Positions 1 to 12,804 of a stretch of DNA of 13,672 bases are shown here, one piece after another. The DNA comes from an uncultured Aquificales bacterium (GTDB lineage Bacteria > Thermosulfidibacterota > Thermosulfidibacteria > Thermosulfidibacterales > Thermosulfidibacteraceae): contig CAYVOC010000036.1 of assembly GCA_964453345.1 (NCBI GenBank), positions 1 to 13,672 on the forward strand, given 5' to 3'. Both the position numbers and the translations under genes were made by a program. Positions within the stretch are counted from its first letter, which is position 1; each line of letters begins with the position of its first letter. The notes beneath the pieces were generated by a model that saw only the letters and a list, made by a program, of their open reading frames with translations, was not told the origin of the DNA and made no database searches.

Positions 1-1413
1 CTGGCACGTGCTGATCTTAAGGTGGAAGAAGTGCAGATATATCACAAAGGAGCGACGGTTATAGCCAAGGGGGTGGTGTATGTTCATCCGGGAAGAAACT
101 TTATAGGGTTCATCCCTGCTGATGCGGAAAGAGAATCGGTAAGGGTTGCCTCAAATTGCGACGCCGCATCCATCACCGGAATGGATCTGACAGATCCGGA
201 GGACACAGCAGAATACAAAAGACTAAAGGACAAACTTCGCATCCTTGACGCAAAACTTTCAAGGCTTAAAGATCAGGAGGCCTTTTACAAAAGGCTCATA
301 GATGCCCTGGCTGATTCCTACAGAAACAATAGATACCTCAACTATCTGCCCTACGAAAAGAAATACCAGGAGCTTGAAAACAGGATGCTGGCGGTAAGGC
401 AGAAAAAAAACCAGCTTATCAAGGAGCTCAAGGACACTAAGGAAAAACTTAAAAAGCTCGAAAGTAAAAGGGCACTGTATCTATGGGCAACCGGAGAGGA
501 TCAGTGCGAGGTGACCGTCAGCTACGAAACAGACAGGGCCGGATGGACTCCAGAATACACGGCTGTATTCGAAAAAGGAACTCTGACTTTAACCCTCAGG
601 GCCGTGGTGATGCAGAACACAGGCCAGAATTGGGAGAGAGTGTCCGTTTCCCTATCCCCACACCCCCCCTCGAGAAATCTCTCAATACCCGAACTGCATC
701 CCTGGTATTTGAGGGTTGTGGAACCATTTATGAGAATGGCCCCCAAGGCTGCTCTCTCCAAGGCTCCCGCTTCCAAAAGCCTCCCTATCCTGAGAAGAAG
801 GGAAATCGGATACTCCTACACACTCAACCAGGAGGTGAACATCCCCCAAGACAGGCGAACCGTCTTAGTAATAAGGAAATTCACCTGGAAGGGAGCTGAG
901 CTAAAGAGATTGTGCTACCCCTCCATAACCGACAGGGTTTATGCAAAGGTGGAACTCCCTCTGCCTGACGAGCCATTACCCTCAGGAATGGTAAAAATCT
1001 TTCTCGAAAACACCTACTTAGGTAAGAGCAGTTTAAAGAGCCTTTTGGGAAGACACATTCTTGAGATCCCCTTCGGAACGGATCCAGACATAGAGGTCCA
1101 TTCCGGCACGGATATAAAAAGGGAAAGCACCTGGAGTGGTAAAATCAGACTCCTTATAACAAGAACCATAAAAGTGTCCAACGGCAAGGACAGAGCAGTA
1201 AGCATCCTTTTGAAAGAGCCGCTTCCCGTATCAAAGGATGAAAGAATAAAGGTGAAAATGGAAAAGAAAAACTTTCATCCCGAACCGGATTCCGTGGATG
1301 AAAAGGGAATAGCAACCTGGAATTTAAAGGTGGCATCGGGAGAGACGAAGAAAATTTCCTACACCGTCATCATAGAATACCCATCTGAGACCGCCGTAAA
1401 CATCATCTATTAA
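1..1413 (+). CDS. DUF4140/DUF4139 domain protein (mucoidy inhibitor MuiA-like family), probably 5'-truncated by the window edge
   Basis: The frame is open from base 1 (LARADLKVEEVQIY...), so the real start and a possible signal peptide probably lie upstream. It has an N-terminal 'VQIYHKGATV' beta region and a long coiled coil. Family-type motifs follow: 'AGWTPEY', 'VMQNTGQNWERVSVSLS', 'FGTDPDIEV', 'EPLPVSKDERIKV', 'GIATWNLKVASGETKKISYTVIIEYP'. Stop is TAA at 1411-1413. Confidence 0.85.
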   Translation: MARADLKVEEVQIYHKGATVIAKGVVYVHPGRNFIGFIPADAERESVRVASNCDAASITGMDLTDPEDTAEYKRLKDKLRILDAKLSRLKDQEAFYKRLIDALADSYRNNRYLNYLPYEKKYQELENRMLAVRQKKNQLIKELKDTKEKLKKLESKRALYLWATGEDQCEVTVSYETDRAGWTPEYTAVFEKGTLTLTLRAVVMQNTGQNWERVSVSLSPHPPSRNLSIPELHPWYLRVVEPFMRMAPKAALSKAPASKSLPILRRREIGYSYTLNQEVNIPQDRRTVLVIRKFTWKGAELKRLCYPSITDRVYAKVELPLPDEPLPSGMVKIFLENTYLGKSSLKSLLGRHILEIPFGTDPDIEVHSGTDIKRESTWSGKIRLLITRTIKVSNGKDRAVSILLKEPLPVSKDERIKVKMEKKNFHPEPDSVDEKGIATWNLKVASGETKKISYTVIIEYPSETAVNIIY

Positions 1414-1419
1414 TTAAGG

Positions 1420-2199
1420 TTAAGGCACATACCCGAGATGTTCCGAGATCTCCAAGGCCGCTTCCTTGATTGCTGGAATCATCTCTTTCACCCGATCCTC
1501 CGTCATCCTGAAGGAGGGAGCCGAAATGGAAATCCCCGCCACCACATACTTGGTGTAGTCCCTTATGGGAGCACCTATGCACCTTACATCCTCCTGAAAC
1601 TCTTCGTTGTCCAATGCGTATCCCTGGGCGGCTACCTCTTCAAGGTGCTCGAACAGAAGCTTCTTATCCGTGATGGTGTTGGGGGTATAGGCTTTGAGTC
1701 TCTTATCCTTGAATAACTCCTCCAGATCATCCTGGGGAAGATAGGCAAGCTGAACCTTGCCAATGGCTGTGGCATAGCTCGGTATCTGGGTCCCCACCCT
1801 GGAAACGACCCTTACTGTATGGGTGGTCTCGACATTGTCTATGTAAACGGCATATATATCCCTCAAAACACCAAGATAAACGGTCTCATTAAACATATCC
1901 CTCAGCTTCTGCATAACCGGCCTTGCGTGTTTTATCAGTCCCATCTGATACTTGAAGGTGAGTCCCAACTCAAAAACCTTGGGACCAAGTCTGTATGCCT
2001 CGGTTCTGGGATTCTGTTCTATATATCCCCTGAATTCAAGGGTCGCAAGAATTCTAAAAACATTGTTCTTGTGCAAACCAAGCTTCCTTGAAAGCTCGGT
2101 GACTCCCATCTCCTCCTCTTCCGTATAGCAGCTCAAAAGCAGCAGGGCGTGATCCACCGCTTTAACAAGCTGCAGCTCCTTATTGCCACTTCTCCGCAT
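1420..2199 (-). CDS. IclR family transcriptional regulator
   Basis: N-terminal HTH 'MGVTELSRKLGLHKNNVFRILATLEFRGYIEQNP...YRLG'. IclR effector domain 'YATAIGKVQLA', 'YTPNTITD', 'GYALDNEEFQEDVRCIGAPIRD', 'ISISAP'. A GGAGG RBS lies upstream (rc of 2209-2213). Confidence 0.95.
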   Translation of the reverse strand: MRRSGNKELQLVKAVDHALLLLSCYTEEEEMGVTELSRKLGLHKNNVFRILATLEFRGYIEQNPRTEAYRLGPKVFELGLTFKYQMGLIKHARPVMQKLRDMFNETVYLGVLRDIYAVYIDNVETTHTVRVVSRVGTQIPSYATAIGKVQLAYLPQDDLEELFKDKRLKAYTPNTITDKKLLFEHLEEVAAQGYALDNEEFQEDVRCIGAPIRDYTKYVVAGISISAPSFRMTEDRVKEMIPAIKEAALEISEHLGYVP

Positions 2200-2244
2200 T
2201 ACTTTCTACCTCCGTTTTATTGGCTGAGGATAGAACAAAGTTAG

Positions 2245-8512
<6,268 letters not shown>

Positions 8513-8526
<14 letters not shown>

Positions 8527-8827
8527 CAAACTCCCTCAGGATCTCCTCTACCTCCTTCTTTATTCCCCTGATTATGCTCAAAAGTCCACGCTCCTCTTCA
8601 GATAGCTCCGCACTGAGCCTTTTGATAATCCCCTCCCTGTTCAACCCCTTATCGTAAAGCTCCTTTATGGTGAGAATAAGCTCCACATCCTGCTCCGTGT
8701 AGAGTCTGTATCCCTTCCTCTTGAGGGGCTTCAGCATGGGAAATTCCTTCTCCCACTGTCTTATGATCCTTTGACTCAGCCCCGTTATCCTGGCAACCTC
8801 ACCTATGCGCATATACTTGGACTCCAT
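8513..8827 (-). CDS. Short MerR-family HTH regulator (HTH plus coiled coil, no evident effector domain)
   Basis: 'MRIGEVARITGLSQRIIRQWEKEFPMLKP.KRKGYRLYTEQDVELILTIKELYDKG' is a MerR HTH. The start is ATG 8827 or ATG 8812 (GGAG upstream). The track's TTG at 8857 falls inside the predicted promoter. Confidence 0.85.
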
Positions 8828-8836
8828 AGTGCCTAT

Positions 8837-8865
8837 AAGGTATTTGCGCAAAGGCAAATCTTCAA
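8837..8865 (-). promoter_or_regulatory. Putative sigma70 promoter of the merR-lolD-serS...iclR operon, with dyad symmetry in the spacer
   Basis: On the minus strand: TTGAAG (8865-8860), 17 nt, TACCTT (8842-8837). Palindromes TTTGCGCAAA (8843-8852) and ATTTGC-N6-GCAAAT (8842-8859) overlap the spacer. Confidence 0.45.
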
Positions 8866-8896
8866 GGCCCCATATAGCATCCCGGTTATATCCTGG

Positions 8897-8925
8897 TTGA
8901 AAAGACTTGAATGTTATTTTAAACT
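8897..8925 (+). promoter_or_regulatory. Putative sigma70 promoter for the MCP-kinase operon
   Basis: TTGAAA (8897-8902), 17 nt, TAAACT (8920-8925) in an AT-rich intergenic region, about 50 nt upstream of the MCP start and its GGAGG RBS. Confidence 0.6.
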
Positions 8926-8974
8926 TTGTTTGTAGTCAGTATCCAAAGTTCAATCACTATCCGGGAGGTGGGGC

Positions 8975-10582
8975 ATGAGTATAAGATTCAAGATACTGGG
9001 GGTAGTGCTCCTAATCCTGATCCTCAACTTTGCCTTCATGCTCTTTGCCGTTCACAACATCCAGGAAATAAGAAAAACGGATGCCCAGATAAAGGAGATA
9101 CAGCAGAGGGTGATCGAAAACATAGAAGCGGCCGATAGATTAGTCCAGAGGGCCACAAAGGCGGCCATGTATTCCATGCTGACAGGCAGAAGAAGCCAGA
9201 TAAACGAGGCCGTCTCCTTCGTGGAGCAGGCTCAAAGCAAGCTGAGCGATTTAAAAAAGCACATAAAAACAGACGGACACATAGCATCAGGCATAGATGA
9301 AAGCTACTCGCTGCTTACAAGCTTCAAAAGGCAACTTGTCAACACCTACACCAGCTTCGGCAAACTCAACCTCACCCAGAAGCAGCAGCAGCTAATCCAG
9401 GGCATAATAGCCTCAGAAGGACAAGTAGCAGGATTGATAAGAAGTTTGAGAAAAAGACTTATAGAGGACCTTAACAGAAGACTTGAAAAGCAGGCCCAGA
9501 GGGGTGCCCAGCTTTCCCGCATAACCATATACGCCATGGTGATCAACTTTCTGATAGGCCTCGCCATCGCCCTGATGCTTGCCGATCGCATGGCTAAGAT
9601 ATCCGCCAAGCTTGCAGATGGTCTAAGGGAGCTTGCGGAGGGCAAAGGGGATCTGCGCTTCAGATTCAAGGAGGAAAGCGACGACGAGTTAGGACAGGCG
9701 GTGGGATGGTTCAACAAATTCATGAACACCCTGGGAACCATGATCAGGGAGATCAAGGACGCAGTGGGAACCCTGCAGGACAGCGTCTCAACAATATCCT
9801 CCGCCTCCCAGGAGCTGTCAGCCACCCTTGAGGAAACCTCCCAAACCACCTCCAGCATAGCTGCCGCCGCAGAGGAACTCGAAAAGACCGCAACAGAGCT
9901 TGAGGAAAATGCAAAGATAATATCCGAGAACACAAAGGCAAATGAAGAATCCGCTATTGAGGGCTTTGAGCACGCCAACAGCCTTTCCGAAAACATAATC
10001 AGAATCAGCCGGGAGTTTGAAACAATGGCGCAGGAGATAACAAACCTGAGGAAGGACGCCGAGTCCATAAAGGAGATAGTCTCCGTAATAAATGACATAG
10101 CCGATCAGACCAACCTCCTGGCACTCAACGCCGCCATTGAAGCGGCAAGGGCCGGTGAACACGGAAGGGGCTTTGCCGTTGTTGCAGACGAGATCAGAAA
10201 GCTCGCCGAAAAGACCACCGCCCAGACCAGAAACATTGAGGAACTCATAAAAAGCATCACCCAGCAAATAGAAAGGTATGTGAGCATAGTTGAAGACAAC
10301 ACGGAAGAGATCCTTAAGATGTCGGACTACGCCAAGGACACCATGAAGATACTGGAAAGCGTCAAGATCAAAAGCATTGAAACGAAGGAGCAGATAGAAG
10401 CCCTCTACAACGCCCTACAGGAACAGAAGATCGCCACAACCCACGTCTCCCAGGGCCTGGCGGAGATAAACATAGCCGTTGAAGAATCCTCCAAGGCGCT
10501 GGTTGACATCACCCACAGCCTCCAGGACGTTGTCATGAAGGTGGAAAGGCTCAAGGAGCTAACCGATGGATTCAGGGTATAG
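8975..10582 (+). CDS. Methyl-accepting chemotaxis protein (TM, helical periplasmic sensor, TM, HAMP, MCP signal domain)
   Basis: TM1 '[20 protein letters not shown]', a helical ~150-aa sensor region, TM2 '[20 protein letters not shown]', HAMP 'GKGDLRFRF...[14 protein letters not shown]', and hairpin tip '[40 protein letters not shown]'. RBS GGGAGGTGG. Confidence 0.97.
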   Translation: MSIRFKILGVVLLILILNFAFMLFAVHNIQEIRKTDAQIKEIQQRVIENIEAADRLVQRATKAAMYSMLTGRRSQINEAVSFVEQAQSKLSDLKKHIKTDGHIASGIDESYSLLTSFKRQLVNTYTSFGKLNLTQKQQQLIQGIIASEGQVAGLIRSLRKRLIEDLNRRLEKQAQRGAQLSRITIYAMVINFLIGLAIALMLADRMAKISAKLADGLRELAEGKGDLRFRFKEESDDELGQAVGWFNKFMNTLGTMIREIKDAVGTLQDSVSTISSASQELSATLEETSQTTSSIAAAAEELEKTATELEENAKIISENTKANEESAIEGFEHANSLSENIIRISREFETMAQEITNLRKDAESIKEIVSVINDIADQTNLLALNAAIEAARAGEHGRGFAVVADEIRKLAEKTTAQTRNIEELIKSITQQIERYVSIVEDNTEEILKMSDYAKDTMKILESVKIKSIETKEQIEALYNALQEQKIATTHVSQGLAEINIAVEESSKALVDITHSLQDVVMKVERLKELTDGFRV

Positions 10583-12644
10583 AAAAAGCATCCTTGGGTT
10601 CCTGCTGAGCGAGGATGTCAAAAGGGGCCTCTCAAAGGGTGACAGCTCAGCCCTGCTGGACGATCTATTGAAATTTCTGCTCGAAAGCTCGGAGGCGGAC
10701 TACATAACAATAACCGTGTGGGACAGGGAAAAGCAGATCCCCTACCTGCACAGGTATCTTTCCCCCGACAACCTCTACATACCACCCGCAAGACCGGGGG
10801 CAAGCGCCCTCGGCGTCTGCATGGCAACGGGAAAACCCGTGCACGGAAAATTCTCCGACTTTCCGGGTGCAGACGAAAAGCTGAAAAAGCACATAGGATA
10901 CACCATCTGTATCCCCTTAGAGATACCGGTGGAAAACCTCATGGGGGGCATAGGAATAGGAAGGGTCATCGGAAAGCCTCCCTTCACCTTCTGGGCAGAG
11001 GCCAACGTCAAAATAGCAAGCAACGTTGCCTCACTGATAGTCAGCATCATGGTGCTCAGTGATCTGGTGCACAAGGAAGAGGAGATCTTCAAGGGAATGG
11101 AAGAACTGCTCGAAACCATAGCAATCAGAACCGACAGGTGGCTTGAAAAAACCGTGGAGGTCCTTAAAAAGCTCCTTCAGGCCGACTATGTGCTCATCTG
11201 TAGATACAATGAGCAAGAAAGGGTTCTGGAACCTGTGATACACCACGGATTTGAATCCCCATCCCCCATACCCGTGGGCAAAGGCCTTAGCGGAACAATT
11301 GCGGCCACAGAAAAGCCCAAATTCTTCAGATCCTATCCTACCGACAAAATTCCCGAAGGCTATGAAAAGGAAGCCCTCTCCATAAACTCGGCCATGGGGG
11401 TTCCCGTCAAAGTGGACGGCAAACTGGCCTACACCATCATCGTAGCCAGAAAAAAGGAAAGACCCTCCTATGCGGCGTCCGATTACTACTTCTTCCAGCT
11501 CTTCCAGAAGGTTCTGACCCTGGCCTTCACCCTCCAGAAAAGGATTGAAGAAAGGGAAGCCTTCTCCAAGCTAAAGACCATCTCTGAAAAGGTTGAATCC
11601 TTAGGGGTTATGGCAAGCGGGATAGCCCATGATTTCAACAACATAATAAACGTCATAATGGGATACGCCCAGATAGGAATGGAAACCGCTTCAGAGGAAA
11701 AAAGCAGAGAAATAATGGAGACCATATACAACCAGTGCCTGAAGGTTGCCGAACTGACATCCCAGATCCTGTCCTTAGGCAGAGAGGAAGCGCAAACAGA
11801 ACAGACCTTTGATCTTAAAACCCTCATAGAAAGCATCTGCCCGCTCCTGAAAAGAACCGTTCCAGAAAACATCAAACTGGAACTCGAAACCGACAAAGCC
11901 CCGTATTATCCAGTCAAAGGTAACCCCTCTCACTTCAAAACTGTTCTGCTCAATTTAGTATCCAATGCGGTTGACGCCATGCCAGATGGAGGCAAACTGA
12001 CATTAAGACTCAGCAAATCTGACAGATCACCAGGTATAGGTCCCAGGGGAACGGTGATACTTGAAGTTGAAGACACCGGAACCGGAATACCGGAGGAGAT
12101 AGCGGACCGCATATTTGACCCCTTCTTCACCACAAAACCCCCCGGCAAGGGCACCGGATTGGGACTGGCCCAGGTCAGCAGGGTCGTATCCGCCATGGGA
12201 GGCTTCGTGGATGTGGAAAGCATCCCCTCCAAGGGGACCAAATTCATCATATACCTTCCCGAAGCCGAAGAGACTGCTGCAACTGCCCCCGACCTATCCC
12301 AGAAGCGCGTGCTTATTGCAAAGAAAGACAGGCGCCTTCTGAAAACCGTAGAAGAGATGCTAAAAGAGATGGGAGTGGAAGTGACAATCGCAAGCGACCA
12401 TCTAAAGACGCTCAAGCGCCAGCTTGCTGATTTTCACTGCCTTATAACAGACATGCTGGAACTTGCCCAAAAAGCAAAAGAATTTCATCCCCACATCGGA
12501 ATAATCATCATAGCCGACCACGGCGCAAACCTGCCGGAGATAAGAAATTTTATTCTTTCCAGCCCCAAAGCAGATCTATTGTTAAAACCTTTTACATCAA
12601 TTGAACTTTTCACAACATTGAAAAGAATATGCTCCTGCCCCTAA
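10566..12644 (+). CDS. Cytoplasmic hybrid sensor histidine kinase: GAF-GAF-HisKA-HATPase_c-atypical receiver
   Basis: Two GAF-like segments ('[15 protein letters not shown]...TICIPLE...MGGIGIG' and '[17 protein letters not shown]...[13 protein letters not shown]'). H-box '[10 protein letters not shown]' (His codon 11628-11630), N-box '[14 protein letters not shown]', G1 'VEDTGTGIP', F-box 'IFDPFFTTK', G2 'GKGTGLGL'. C-terminal REC-like 'LITD...KPF'. Overlaps the MCP end by 17 nt, with RBS AAGGAG. Confidence 0.92.
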   Translation: MDSGYRKSILGFLLSEDVKRGLSKGDSSALLDDLLKFLLESSEADYITITVWDREKQIPYLHRYLSPDNLYIPPARPGASALGVCMATGKPVHGKFSDFPGADEKLKKHIGYTICIPLEIPVENLMGGIGIGRVIGKPPFTFWAEANVKIASNVASLIVSIMVLSDLVHKEEEIFKGMEELLETIAIRTDRWLEKTVEVLKKLLQADYVLICRYNEQERVLEPVIHHGFESPSPIPVGKGLSGTIAATEKPKFFRSYPTDKIPEGYEKEALSINSAMGVPVKVDGKLAYTIIVARKKERPSYAASDYYFFQLFQKVLTLAFTLQKRIEEREAFSKLKTISEKVESLGVMASGIAHDFNNIINVIMGYAQIGMETASEEKSREIMETIYNQCLKVAELTSQILSLGREEAQTEQTFDLKTLIESICPLLKRTVPENIKLELETDKAPYYPVKGNPSHFKTVLLNLVSNAVDAMPDGGKLTLRLSKSDRSPGIGPRGTVILEVEDTGTGIPEEIADRIFDPFFTTKPPGKGTGLGLAQVSRVVSAMGGFVDVESIPSKGTKFIIYLPEAEETAATAPDLSQKRVLIAKKDRRLLKTVEEMLKEMGVEVTIASDHLKTLKRQLADFHCLITDMLELAQKAKEFHPHIGIIIIADHGANLPEIRNFILSSPKADLLLKPFTSIELFTTLKRICSCP

Positions 12645-12651
12645 GCGAATC

Positions 12652-12680
12652 TTGACAATCCGGCACAGGTAGCGTAATAG
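12652..12680 (+). promoter_or_regulatory. Putative sigma70 promoter for the cytochrome gene
   Basis: Perfect -35 TTGACA (12652-12657), 17 nt, then a weak -10 TAATAG (12675-12680), immediately after the kinase stop codon. Confidence 0.45.
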
Positions 12681-12692
12681 TTATGCCGAAGT

Positions 12693-12710
12693 TTGTGAAA
12701 AGTGGCACAT
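12693..12710 (+). promoter_or_regulatory. Rex/CRP-like operator
   Basis: TTGTGAA-AAGT-GGCACAT, i.e. TGTGA-N6-GCACA. Compare the Rex consensus TTGTGAA-N4-TTCACAA and CRP TGTGA-N6-TCACA. Confidence 0.45.
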
Positions 12711-12726
12711 TAATAAGGAAATTCTT

Positions 12727-12804
12727 ATGAAAGGAGGTGATAGGGGATTTTGCGAAACAGGCAACAGAAAAAGGGGAAAATCGAGCAAGGAGGTAGGAGG
12801 ATGA
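12727..12804 (+). other. Possible 25-aa upstream ORF (MKGGDRGFCETGNRKRGKSSKEVGG) containing an orphan perfect SD, with its stop overlapping the cytochrome start (ATGA)
   Basis: ATG 12727 is preceded by AAGGA (12715-12719). The frame is open to TGA 12802-12804. AAAGGAGGTGAT lies at 12730-12741. Confidence 0.3.

Noticed and set aside
403-410. A8 homopolymer in the DUF4139 gene as a possible slippage or phase-variation site
   Set aside because: It is short, encodes Lys-Lys-Asn within a coiled coil, and the frame stays intact.
9346-10098. 250-aa Ser-rich ORF antisense to the MCP
   Set aside because: Ser/Phe/Leu richness mirrors the Glu/Lys codons of the MCP coiled coil.
12598-12615. Second Rex-like half-site (TTCACAA) in the kinase 3' end
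   Set aside because: Only the right half matches at the correct spacing, and it lies within coding sequence.
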